DNA from: a virus
Lineage: Duplodnaviria; Caudoviricetes
IMG/VR virus record: IMGVR_UViG_3300011336_000110
Location: 1 to 34,294 of that record
Length of the DNA: 34,294 bases
Direction: 5' to 3' (one strand)
A model generated the notes under the pieces. That model had not been told where the DNA came from. It made no database searches and saw nothing but the letters and a program-made list of their open reading frames with translations. Position 1 is the stretch's first letter. The number at the start of each line of letters is the position of its first letter. Of this stretch, positions 6,513-16,088 are shown piece by piece. A program made the translations under genes and the position numbers.

Positions 6513-8969
6513 TCAAGGTTTGTAGTTTAGGAAATCTTTGAGCTTGGTTTGGTCACGCGATATTTTATACTTTTCCGTGCCAGATTTAAGAAGTTTTCCT
6601 CCGGCATACGCAAGCAAACCAAGGCCAGGTTCGTCTGCCACAACTCGACCAAGACCTTCAGCGCCAAAACCTGCCAGCGCCCCGAGGATTGTTTCTCCGC
6701 TGCCAGACGTACTTAACACTTCCCTAGGCTTGGTCTGTATCTCTTTGGTCACCTCGTTAAGCGTGCGGTAGTGATTTGCCCACTCAGGACCAAACACCAA
6801 GTCTAGCTTGCCGCTCTTGTCTAAGGTCGTGACCAGTTTGTTTAGCTCAGGCGTGGATACGTAAGGTCGACCTTTGGTGTCGAGCTGCACATTCTTGGTC
6901 GTGTTTTCCAAGATATGCTCACCGAATCGACCTTTGATGTCACGCACCAACTGTTGACCCTCTGGGCCAGACCGGTCTAGCAGATCAAAGACTTTGCGAA
7001 CCTGGTCACCAGATTTTCTAAGGAAAATATCATCAAAGATTTTTTCTGTAGAAACTGCCGGATCTGTGGTTCCTTTCTTAATCTCATTGATTGATCTGAC
7101 CGTACTTTGGTTTTCAAAGTCGTTAGACCACTGCGCCCGCTCTTGTCTGGCCTGCTTGTAAATGTCGCCGCCAGCTTTCTCAGTAATCCCGTCAATCAAT
7201 TTCTTGACCTTGGATGACAGCGCCTTCTGACGCTTGTCTGTCCAGTCAGTTTGATCGTTGATCAGTTGCCGAACGTCCTCGAGCTGCCTCACGCCAATCG
7301 TGCGCGATCCGGTCGGATCGTTAACTGCAAACTCTTCCTCCAAAATTTTGTAGAGCGGATTCAGTGATGCAACCGTTGGACGCCCGCCGGTTTCCTTGGT
7401 GATCAGATCCAGCACCGGCTGATAAGAAACAGGCGTTGCAAGCTCTCCCGCTGCCTCGGCTTCTGCGTACTTAGTGCGAATGTCGGCCATGCGAGCATCT
7501 TTGATGCTTTGCACGTAGGTTTTTACGCGCTGCCCGAAGTCGGTTGCTGGGATGCCCTGCGCTTGCGTGCCGGTCGCCTCAATGCCGGCCTGCATATTTT
7601 GCTGAACCTTGGCATTCTGGTTAGCGTAATGCTCAAAGACCTGCTCGGCAAGATGCGGAGTCTTGGCAGCAACGCCAGCAAACTTAACGTCTGTCGGACT
7701 TCTGGTTGCTTGTGCTCGGTCGATTGTGATCGGAACCGGCAAATTGCCTGCTTTCTCAGCTCGAGCACGTGGAGTATCGACCGCTGCCGCACCGACGCTC
7801 CCCGGCGTTGCCGTTGCGCCTGCTGGTTGTGCTTGTGCTGCCGCCCGTGCTTGAGCCTCACGCAAGCTTGGCGCATTGGCTAAATCTTGAAATGCCTGTT
7901 CTTTGGCAGCTTGTTGAGATCGAAGCTCGGCCATGGTTACCCGAGGTTTGGGTTGTCCCGTCGCCGGTTGCGCTACGGTCGGAGCGCCGATACCTGGCTC
8001 AACCCTTAACGCCGCTGGCTTGTTTGCAAATTGATCGCGCAATGCTTGCTCAACCGTCAAAGCGCTTCTTGCACTAGCTGATTTTAGTCCTTGTGAAATT
8101 TGACCAGCCTTGCCAATTGCAGGAGCAAATGCAGGTAAGCCAGACGTCAAATTTCCAAAAGATTCAAGGTTAGCGCGTGCCCCAGGACTCATTGGGACGT
8201 CGCTTGCCAATGCCATAATTTGTCGAGCTGTTTCTTCTTTAGGAGTTCCAGTTAATATTTCTTTCCCTACGGCAATCGGAGCACCAATCAGCGCTGTTCC
8301 TGCCCCATAAATCATTCTTGCCGCAGTTTCTGGAGCAGCAATTACTCTTTCAAATAAAGACGGGTCTTGAATAACTGTTTGCTTTATTGACTCAGGAATC
8401 TGATCGGGTGTTGCTGCCGCTGGCGTCGGAGCAGCAGGAGCCGGGGCTGCCGGTGCCGGTTTCGGTGCCAGCCGTTCGCGCATGATTTTGCGCACCAGAT
8501 CGCCCTCTGGGACGCCAGAAGAGCTAAACGGTGACGGCTTTGGTGCTGCCTTGGCTGGCTCCTCGGCTTTTTCTGTGCCGAGAATCAGTGCGCTAATTTC
8601 ATCAGTTGGCTCTGATTTAATTCTGGATTTGACCTTGCCGATGTAGCCCGATGGATCTTTGGTGACAAACCCACCGTACTGCGCAAGCGCCTTGTCGACA
8701 TTGCCGTCGTTCTTGTCTAGCAGGGTTTGGAGATACCCTCGAGCCGCTTCCCGCGCTTGTGGTTCGTTGAATGGATCAAACTTGACGCCTTGGCTTTGCA
8801 GAGCCTTGACCGTGCCAGGCATAAACTGATACGCGCCCATAGCGCCAGACTGAGGATTTACTGCTCGAGGATTGCCGCCGCTCTCAACGGATTTGATTGC
8901 GTCTAGCAGTTGATCGGTGACAACGGTCTTGGCAGGCTTCCCAAGAATCAGCTCGGAGACTTCATCCAT
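6513..8969 (-). CDS. Virion ejection protein with N-terminal lytic transglycosylase domain
   Basis: IKSVESGGNPRAVN...GAMGAYQFMPGT...ALAQY SLT motifs; last of three ejection-position genes. Confidence 0.8.
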   Translation of the reverse strand: MDEVSELILGKPAKTVVTDQLLDAIKSVESGGNPRAVNPQSGAMGAYQFMPGTVKALQSQGVKFDPFNEPQAREAARGYLQTLLDKNDGNVDKALAQYGGFVTKDPSGYIGKVKSRIKSEPTDEISALILGTEKAEEPAKAAPKPSPFSSSGVPEGDLVRKIMRERLAPKPAPAAPAPAAPTPAAATPDQIPESIKQTVIQDPSLFERVIAAPETAARMIYGAGTALIGAPIAVGKEILTGTPKEETARQIMALASDVPMSPGARANLESFGNLTSGLPAFAPAIGKAGQISQGLKSASARSALTVEQALRDQFANKPAALRVEPGIGAPTVAQPATGQPKPRVTMAELRSQQAAKEQAFQDLANAPSLREAQARAAAQAQPAGATATPGSVGAAAVDTPRARAEKAGNLPVPITIDRAQATRSPTDVKFAGVAAKTPHLAEQVFEHYANQNAKVQQNMQAGIEATGTQAQGIPATDFGQRVKTYVQSIKDARMADIRTKYAEAEAAGELATPVSYQPVLDLITKETGGRPTVASLNPLYKILEEEFAVNDPTGSRTIGVRQLEDVRQLINDQTDWTDKRQKALSSKVKKLIDGITEKAGGDIYKQARQERAQWSNDFENQSTVRSINEIKKGTTDPAVSTEKIFDDIFLRKSGDQVRKVFDLLDRSGPEGQQLVRDIKGRFGEHILENTTKNVQLDTKGRPYVSTPELNKLVTTLDKSGKLDLVFGPEWANHYRTLNEVTKEIQTKPREVLSTSGSGETILGALAGFGAEGLGRVVADEPGLGLLAYAGGKLLKSGTEKYKISRDQTKLKDFLNYKP

Positions 8970-10504
8970 TACAGAGATCCGGTTTGCTCAAGACGCAGAA
9001 TGTTCTGATACTTTCGATTGAATTCTTCGCGCTCTTTCGGCGTGGCATTCTTGAGAATCTCGTTTGCCGCTTTGATGCGCTCGGATTTATCTTGAATCAG
9101 CTTCGGCAAAGCCATGATCTCAAAGATGCGAGAATCGGCATTCTTAGACCACGTTTGCTTGAAAGCGTTGTGGTTAGCGTCGCCAAATTTCTGTGCAAAG
9201 TTTGCCGCAGCCCTTCCTTCTAGCTCGGTCGCTAGCACGTCGGCATAGGAACGTCTGGCAATAGATTTGAGCACGTTTGGAGGGTAGGTCTCGTCCCCGT
9301 TGGCGTGTCTAGCAAGAGCTTGCCCAGAGACCGTATCTAGCGATCCACCCTTAGACTGGATCATGCCAATTTGAACGTTGGCTAGATCTTTTGACAGTTG
9401 CTTGTAATCTTCGCTGCCAAAAAACCCGCGCACGTTGCGCTCCATTGATCCTGCCGCGCCTGCTTGGAAATACGACTGTTGCTGAATCTTGTTGGCTTTA
9501 TCGATTACTTCTTCAATGCTGCGCCGAGCGGAGGTCATTGCAGGTTGCATTGCAACTAGATCTCCCACGTATTTTTGACCCGTAGCGCGGTCGGCCTCTT
9601 CGCCTTGCACCGGCAGAAACGGCTGACCAGGCGCTCGCACGGGATAGCGCAACGGTGCGCCGCCCATAGCTTCAGCGGTCACGCCTTGTGGCTGAGCTGG
9701 AGCAGCAGGTTGCATTGGAGTAGAAACAGCAGCCAGCCCTGGCGAAACTGGAGGAGTTAAGCCAGACTCGCCAACTTGCGTCTTTTGTACGATAAATTGT
9801 GGCGTCTGAATTGCGCCAGTCGTAACGCCTTCCGACAACGGAGCACCCATAGTCGGAGCCGCTGGCCGTGGACCAACTTGCAATGGCTGGAACCGATTGC
9901 CGCCAGGCTCTGCCACGGGATAACCCGGAACCCCACCAGCGCTAACAAGTGGGGGGCCGATTGGCGCAAATGCTTGTTGCTGTTGAGAAGCCGTTTGTCT
10001 AGAAAACAAATTCCGAAATGCCCATTCGTTAACTGGCGTTTGGTCTTTTTTGTTTATAGAATCTTCAATCCTTGAATACAGGGAAGCCGCAAACAATTCT
10101 GCCGAATCTTCTGGTACACCAGCAGAAATTGCTTGCCGTTTAGCTGCCATCACGTCTTTAAATGCAGCCCGAGGGTCTTTTGTGACGTCTTGAAAGGATT
10201 GCAATTGGAAAAGTGGCGCAAAAGCCTGTTGCAACCTTTCTTGTGTGTTGCCGGCCTGATTAAATTTTGCGACCTCTGCGCCGGTAACGGCCTGACCGCT
10301 CATCGCTTGTTGTCGTGCAATCTCAGCGTCTTTTGTGGCTTGCGCAATCCCAAGCTCAATCCGAGCCTTTTCCTGCTGGATCGGGTTCATTGCCTGTTCT
10401 TGCTGAAGCGCCTGGGCGCCGCGAGCCATATTCAGCAGGTTTGAAGCATTCCCAAGAAAATCAATTGGCTTGACGCCAAGCGCAATATTTGGATCGATTG
10501 GCAT
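8969..10504 (-). CDS. Putative ejection/DNA-transfer protein
   Basis: Start MPIDPNIALG at 10504; Ala/Gln-rich; occupies the P22 gp20-like position. Confidence 0.65.
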   Translation of the reverse strand: MPIDPNIALGVKPIDFLGNASNLLNMARGAQALQQEQAMNPIQQEKARIELGIAQATKDAEIARQQAMSGQAVTGAEVAKFNQAGNTQERLQQAFAPLFQLQSFQDVTKDPRAAFKDVMAAKRQAISAGVPEDSAELFAASLYSRIEDSINKKDQTPVNEWAFRNLFSRQTASQQQQAFAPIGPPLVSAGGVPGYPVAEPGGNRFQPLQVGPRPAAPTMGAPLSEGVTTGAIQTPQFIVQKTQVGESGLTPPVSPGLAAVSTPMQPAAPAQPQGVTAEAMGGAPLRYPVRAPGQPFLPVQGEEADRATGQKYVGDLVAMQPAMTSARRSIEEVIDKANKIQQQSYFQAGAAGSMERNVRGFFGSEDYKQLSKDLANVQIGMIQSKGGSLDTVSGQALARHANGDETYPPNVLKSIARRSYADVLATELEGRAAANFAQKFGDANHNAFKQTWSKNADSRIFEIMALPKLIQDKSERIKAANEILKNATPKEREEFNRKYQNILRLEQTGSL

Positions 10505-10508
10505 TTTG

Positions 10509-11321
10509 TTAACCGATTGTTGGGAAGTAGCCGCCCTGCATAGACGTCTGCTGCGCTCCAGAACCAATCAGCGCTGGTTGCGTCGGGCCTGTTTGAATTT
10601 GCGCTGGTTGGCGTGTTAGGTTGCTCAAATAACTCATGCCGCCAAGCTGCCCAAATGCATTCCCGTAGGCATTCGCCGAACCAATCGCACCGGCAGCTTG
10701 AGCGTTGCCAATTCCCGTCATCAAATTAGATGCATTTGTTCCGTAATTAGACGCCGCTTGATTGGTCGCCGTTTGACCCGTCTGACCAATGCCAGCAATC
10801 CCGGCCAACGTATTGTAAATATCTTTGCGCTGCGCTGAAAAATTATTAAAAGCGTTTTGATAGGCGTTGCTTGCGTAATCCTCGGCAAACCGAGTGATAC
10901 CTCGGTCAATATCGCTGCCGCCGCTGCCGCCTGCATTCAAACGCTGCCGCGCAGCTCGTTGGCCCTCTTTGAGCATAAACTCATAGTTTGGAGCTAGGCT
11001 CGTCTTAAGATCCTCTGGCCCAAACTGCCGAGTCAGGTAACCAGAACCCTGCTGCATTACTGGCTGGCCATTGGCATCAAGAATAGGCTTGCCTTCCGCG
11101 TCATACGTTGGAGTAGAGCCGCCAAGCAATCCGCCGATCTGATTTAGCGCTGTGTATCCATAGCCACGATACGGAGCCTGCTGCTGATTGATGAGGTTAA
11201 ATTGCTCACGCTGAAGATCCAATGCACGATTGGATGCGTCAATTTGTTTATTTGACGCGCTTCTAGACGCATCCGCTCCAATAAGTGCACCACCGATGGT
11301 GGCTAAAGCAGCGAGTGGCAT
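10509..11321 (-). CDS. Putative DNA-transfer (pilot) protein, P22 gp7-like
   Basis: Gly/Ala-rich hydrophobic N-terminus, then QAPYRGYGYTALNQ; synteny. Confidence 0.7.
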   Translation of the reverse strand: MPLAALATIGGALIGADASRSASNKQIDASNRALDLQREQFNLINQQQAPYRGYGYTALNQIGGLLGGSTPTYDAEGKPILDANGQPVMQQGSGYLTRQFGPEDLKTSLAPNYEFMLKEGQRAARQRLNAGGSGGSDIDRGITRFAEDYASNAYQNAFNNFSAQRKDIYNTLAGIAGIGQTGQTATNQAASNYGTNASNLMTGIGNAQAAGAIGSANAYGNAFGQLGGMSYLSNLTRQPAQIQTGPTQPALIGSGAQQTSMQGGYFPTIG

Positions 11322-11323
11322 GA

Positions 11324-11677
11324 TTATTTCCCTTTGCTGATTAATACAGCATCTACTTTGCTTTCGTCTTTCTCATCCGTTGCATGGACGCAGTACCAGA
11401 CGCAATCCTGCAACGCTTCAATTGTGTGATGCTCTTCGGCTTTGATCTCAATGCAAGCAGGCGCAAGATAGAAGTGCGATCCAGCGTTTGTGCTTACGAC
11501 CACCTGGCCCTGCGCCAAAATGCTCAAATGCGAGAAATTGTGCTTGTGCGTTGCAGCAACGTATCCCTTTGGAATAAACATTTGCTTGGCATAAACGCCA
11601 TCCGAGAAATGATGCTCAACCATTGGGTCAGCATCAAATCTACCTGCAAGCTGATTTACAAAATTGTCGACTTTCAT
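11324..11677 (-). CDS. Cupin-fold protein
   Basis: HHFSDGVYAK, HKHNFSHLSIL, HHTIEAL, CVH. Confidence 0.7.
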   Translation of the reverse strand: MKVDNFVNQLAGRFDADPMVEHHFSDGVYAKQMFIPKGYVAATHKHNFSHLSILAQGQVVVSTNAGSHFYLAPACIEIKAEEHHTIEALQDCVWYCVHATDEKDESKVDAVLISKGK

Positions 11678-12204
11678 TAAGTATACAGCGGCAAATAATA
11701 AGTTGTCCCGTCGCAAACAACCGGGAGCCATTTAGCGATAACGGTATGCGTGCCAGAAATTGCCAAGTTATTGACTGTCACCGTGCTGGACGTCGTGAGC
11801 GTGGTTGCGCTAACCGATGATCCGTTTATTGAACCACCCGTGATTGCAACGCTGTTAGCGTTTTGTGTGGCCATCGTGCCAGCACCAGAGACGTCGGCAA
11901 TCGGAACCGTAGCGCTCGCCGTAAGCGGTACCGTGCCGTTGCCCTTGACGTAACCAGTGAGCGTATTGGCTCCAGTGCCGCCCGATGCTGTGTTGAGCGT
12001 GCCACCTAGCGTAACTGCGCCCGAAGTAGCTGCCGCCGGGGTTAGCCCGGTGCTGCCACCGTTAACTGAGTTAACCAGCCCAACTCCAACGGTGATCGTC
12101 GATACGTTTGGGTTTTGCAGCCAGATCAACCATTCTCGAGCTGGCCTGCCAGTAACCGGGTCAAGAAATGGGCTTTGCGGATAACGCAGGTAGCTCGTTG
12201 CCAT
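11677..12204 (-). CDS. Tail needle/fibre-like structural protein
   Basis: Follows the gp10-like gene; Gly/Thr-rich. Confidence 0.55.
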   Translation of the reverse strand: MATSYLRYPQSPFLDPVTGRPAREWLIWLQNPNVSTITVGVGLVNSVNGGSTGLTPAAATSGAVTLGGTLNTASGGTGANTLTGYVKGNGTVPLTASATVPIADVSGAGTMATQNANSVAITGGSINGSSVSATTLTTSSTVTVNNLAISGTHTVIAKWLPVVCDGTTYYLPLYT

Positions 12205-13679
12205 CAGTTCTCGCCCACGCTCGCCTTAAGGTTTGCGGAGATAATCGCTGCTTTCACCGGATCGCTGGTCGACACTTCCCAGACACGATCTCGAGCCATG
12301 CCGAGCCGACGCCAGATCGCACGATTCTGATACTTGCCAATTTTGCCGATGCTGGTCCAGTGCTCATTGGACCAAGTGCTGCCGCCATCGTTAGACCAGC
12401 GCAGCATTGCCTGTGGATCTTGCCCCTGTCCCGTGCTCAAACCAACGCCAGGCTGAAATTGGATTTGCAGCTCTTCAAAATATTCGCGCTGAAAGTCGGA
12501 AACCAAGTGCGGAGTCCGACGTAATCGTCGGATCGGATTGCCCGCCTCGGTGTAGACCTCTGTATCTACAATGTATATGCATCCGTTAAGATAATCGCCA
12601 ACTAAATTGTACGTGTTAAAAAACGTCGCACAATTACCCCTATTCCTTTGGAATTGATTCAGCGGGTCCAAGCTCATCCACTTAAACCAGAGCTTGGTCG
12701 TGGAATCGTAGACCCACGTCAGGTTGGCGCTGGGGAAAGTGACGATGTACCACTCATGCCCCGTGATCTGCATGGAGTATGCAATCGCGTCAGATACGTC
12801 GTATCCAATCAGCGAGTTTTCAACAGCGTGCGTCGACAGCCGTACAAACTGGTAGCCATTGATCGTGCCAATCGTCGCGTGCCCGAGAAAGTCTCGAGTG
12901 ACAAACATAAACGACTCAGACCAGCGGGTTACGCTAAATGGTGCGTTGATGCCGTGCTGAATAAAGGTTCCGCTGATCGGCGCAAACGGGAAACTAGCAA
13001 TTGTCGGGTCAGTGCCTGGTGACTCAACCCAGACCTCGGTCGTATACTCGCCAAACAGGAATAACTGTTGATGGTCAACAAACAGCGATATAAGATTGTC
13101 CGAGCCGCCATCCTTGCGCCCGTACAACGTGCTTGTTGTCAACGAAGAGCCGGGATCGGTCGTTGTAAAGAGTTGGCTGTTTGGTTTGTTGTAGACAACG
13201 TATCCATTAACGTAGTCGCAAACCGTAGCGTCTGCCCACGGACCGTCACTCGCAAGCTGGCTAAACGTGCTGGTTGTCAGGTTGTACGTGTACCGCGCAA
13301 CTCCATCCACAATATAAGCTACAACGCCGTTGGCAGCCCCGTCGTCGGTCGTTTGAGTCTCGGTGATGCTAACGGGTCCGGTCGATGTTGTGAGCGTGCC
13401 AACCTCGGTATACGTCCAGTCTGCCAGGATGACGTAGACCTTATTTGCCGCCACCGCAACCATTTGGTTAAACGGGTTGATCGCCCTCATTCCGCGAACG
13501 GGACCGTTTGGCAGCGTGACGATGGTTCGATAGCCAGGCGTCGGCAAAAGCGCTATAACGCCACGCGACCCTTCTGGCTTTACAGGGTCAATCTCGGGAT
13601 ACCAATTGATGCATTCTTGAGCATCTTGATAGATGGATGGGGCTTCGTAAGACGCCCCAACAAACCCAAAATCAGCCAT
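12204..13679 (-). CDS. Packaged-DNA stabilization / tail hub protein, P22 gp10-like
   Basis: QECINWYPE, MLRWSNDGGSTW, WRRLGMARDRVWEV; 491 aa. Confidence 0.85.
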   Translation of the reverse strand: MADFGFVGASYEAPSIYQDAQECINWYPEIDPVKPEGSRGVIALLPTPGYRTIVTLPNGPVRGMRAINPFNQMVAVAANKVYVILADWTYTEVGTLTTSTGPVSITETQTTDDGAANGVVAYIVDGVARYTYNLTTSTFSQLASDGPWADATVCDYVNGYVVYNKPNSQLFTTTDPGSSLTTSTLYGRKDGGSDNLISLFVDHQQLFLFGEYTTEVWVESPGTDPTIASFPFAPISGTFIQHGINAPFSVTRWSESFMFVTRDFLGHATIGTINGYQFVRLSTHAVENSLIGYDVSDAIAYSMQITGHEWYIVTFPSANLTWVYDSTTKLWFKWMSLDPLNQFQRNRGNCATFFNTYNLVGDYLNGCIYIVDTEVYTEAGNPIRRLRRTPHLVSDFQREYFEELQIQFQPGVGLSTGQGQDPQAMLRWSNDGGSTWSNEHWTSIGKIGKYQNRAIWRRLGMARDRVWEVSTSDPVKAAIISANLKASVGEN

Positions 13680-14653
13680 TAGACAAACCCGCCGGTCAAG
13701 ATCCAGCTTGCATCCTTGGCTTTGCCGGAGAACAGAACGTCAGGGAATTGAGCGGTCAAACTTGGACGCATATTGGTGCGCTTGAGCGTCGCTTTGGCTT
13801 GCGCTGCATAGGCGTTAATCATCGCCAGTTGCGTCTGCGATCCTTTGCCGTACATTGGGCACAACCGCTCGGCCAAACACCAACGCAAAGCCATTAAATA
13901 GCCCTGCGGCAATGCAATAGACTCGTACAGGTTGCTGTAGCGCCTAAACATTGTGTCGGCAAATACGTGCATCTCGCCCTGCGCCGGAGCTGGCCAGACG
14001 TAGATCGTTCCGAGCAGTTCTGCCGGCTGGTAATAAAGCGCTTTCGGCCATGGACCGTTCAGGCTCTTCAGTCCAATCAATTCGTATTGATCAAGACCAA
14101 TGCAAGCAACGGGATAGTCAAGCGAATTCTGCGACGTGCCGCCGCCGCCCGAGGTATTGATCACGCGCACAAATGCGCTGTTGATGCTGACTGGTCGCTG
14201 ATAGCTTGCCGTGATTGTGGTGCTGGCAACGGTCTGGCTTGTACTGACAGTGTACGTACCGAATTCGTTGACGTTGCCGCCGGCACCCGAGTTAAATTGC
14301 ACGATGGTCGTGCCAGCAGCAATACCCGAGCCGACAAGCGTCTGCCCGAGCTGTACCGAGCCGCTGGTCAACGCTGTGACCGTCAAAATGTTGCCGGAGA
14401 TGCTGCCGGTAAAGACCGCTCCGACCTGGCCACCGGGTCCGATAGTGTATTGGACCTGATTCTGAACGATTGGGAAAATGATCTCAGTCTGGTAGCTGAT
14501 CATCATCCGCTCGTTAGACCATTGGTCTAACAAGTCGTTGAGCATATCGAAAGCGTCTTGTGCTGCGTCAGCGGTCGGGCTTTCGCCTGCCTCAAGCGCC
14601 CCAATGTCTTTTAACGACCGCGAAATGATCTCAATAGGTGCGGTCATGGTCAA
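13679..14653 (-). CDS. Head-tail adaptor, P22 gp4-like, with an inserted domain
   Basis: IISRSLKDIGAL...DAFDMLNDLLDQW and LPQGYLMALRWCLAERL; upstream of gp10. Confidence 0.7.
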   Translation of the reverse strand: MTMTAPIEIISRSLKDIGALEAGESPTADAAQDAFDMLNDLLDQWSNERMMISYQTEIIFPIVQNQVQYTIGPGGQVGAVFTGSISGNILTVTALTSGSVQLGQTLVGSGIAAGTTIVQFNSGAGGNVNEFGTYTVSTSQTVASTTITASYQRPVSINSAFVRVINTSGGGGTSQNSLDYPVACIGLDQYELIGLKSLNGPWPKALYYQPAELLGTIYVWPAPAQGEMHVFADTMFRRYSNLYESIALPQGYLMALRWCLAERLCPMYGKGSQTQLAMINAYAAQAKATLKRTNMRPSLTAQFPDVLFSGKAKDASWILTGGFV

Positions 14654-15717
14654 TACTCAATGATGACGTAGCCGTTGAGCGTCGGAGGTGACGACCCATC
14701 AAAAGACGTCTGAGCCGGCACAATGTTGGTCGTCCCTCGGCATTGGTTGGCCAGTCCAGAGTCAAAGCTCTTGGTAATGTAGTTGGCTGAACCAATCGAA
14801 AAGGTTGAATTCAGCGCAGAACCGCCAGCCGGTCCCGGCGTGCTGCTAGTGCCCGGACCTTGCGCGGTCAGATAGGTTCCAATGCTGGTATCGCCACCGC
14901 CAGACCCAACGGTGATCGCAATAGATGCGCCAGGCGTGACCGTGATAAACCCAGCAGCAACCGTATAGATAACCGTTGTGCCGTTGCTGTAGACACCGCT
15001 GCCAATCGTGGCTCGCAGCCTAGTGACGCCAGATGGGACCGTAAACGTGTCTGACCCGCTAGTGATCTTATAGTACAGGCTGAATTGCAAGACGCCTGTG
15101 CTGATCGTAGGCGTTACCGAAACAGCGCTGATGATTTCGTTGTTGGTGCCGCCAATTGTAATCGTCGTGCCATCAGGACGCAGAGCTCCGATCTGAGCAG
15201 TTGTGGCAACAGGCAGAGCCGCCCGTTTGATAATCAGATCGTAGTTGAGAGCCGAAGATACCGAGTCGCGGTACAGGTAGCCGCCGCCGCTGGCTGGCAG
15301 TGACTGCCCCGTCGTGGAAAGCGTATTTGCAACGTAGCTTAGGCCTGTCCCGATTGTGACGTTACCTACGCCGCCAGCACCGTCACCGCGCAGAATTGAG
15401 TTTCCGGTCGTGAGACCAGTAAAGTCGTTGATCCCGCTGATGTTGTCATAGGTGCCAATCGTGACCGCTGCCGGGGTCTGAAGCACAAACTTATATGCGC
15501 CGCCCGTGGTCAGCCAAACTTCATTAGCCGTTCGCCCTGCGCTATCCAATACAATTGGATTGGAGTTGGCAATGGTTCCCGCGCTGCTGGTATAAGTCGC
15601 TTGTGGCGTCGTTGTTCCTGCCGTGTAGGTGTACAGCAATCCACCGGCCAGCGGGATTCCGAGGTTATCGAAAAACTGCCAACCAGCACCAGCCAGCGGA
15701 GAAAGTTTGACTGCCAT
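14650..15717 (-). CDS. Tail spike/fibre protein with head-binding-like N-terminus
   Basis: QFFDNLGIPLAGGLLYTYTAGTTTP...NPIVLDSAGR. Confidence 0.7.
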   Translation of the reverse strand: MAVKLSPLAGAGWQFFDNLGIPLAGGLLYTYTAGTTTPQATYTSSAGTIANSNPIVLDSAGRTANEVWLTTGGAYKFVLQTPAAVTIGTYDNISGINDFTGLTTGNSILRGDGAGGVGNVTIGTGLSYVANTLSTTGQSLPASGGGYLYRDSVSSALNYDLIIKRAALPVATTAQIGALRPDGTTITIGGTNNEIISAVSVTPTISTGVLQFSLYYKITSGSDTFTVPSGVTRLRATIGSGVYSNGTTVIYTVAAGFITVTPGASIAITVGSGGGDTSIGTYLTAQGPGTSSTPGPAGGSALNSTFSIGSANYITKSFDSGLANQCRGTTNIVPAQTSFDGSSPPTLNGYVIIEY

Positions 15718-16085
15718 TATTGCGCCTGTGTAGCCTTATAAGCCGCGACCATTGCATCGTAATCCGCTCCGATCTGAGCTTTCAGCACGTCACGAACACG
15801 GACAGATTTGTTTTGCTCTGCTTTTTCGGTGCGAACCAGCACTCGCAAACGATCACGGTATTGATAATCGGCAATCTGCGCAACCTGATCGTCGCTCAGC
15901 TCGTGCGGCAGATCTTCGGTCTTGATAGCCTTGAACGCTTCCAGATCGGCGGGCCAATCACCGGCAGGCAGAGCCGCAAGCATTGCGCCATAGTTGTCGA
16001 TGTTGAGCTGATAGCCGTAGATTTCCATTTCTCGATGGAAAGCATTCATTACTAGGCCAGCAAGTTTTTCTTGATCGGTGATCAT
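15717..16085 (-). CDS. Hypothetical helical protein, possible assembly factor
   Basis: Tightly packed ORF in the tail region. Confidence 0.7.
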   Translation of the reverse strand: MITDQEKLAGLVMNAFHREMEIYGYQLNIDNYGAMLAALPAGDWPADLEAFKAIKTEDLPHELSDDQVAQIADYQYRDRLRVLVRTEKAEQNKSVRVRDVLKAQIGADYDAMVAAYKATQAQ

Positions 16086-16088
16086 AAT

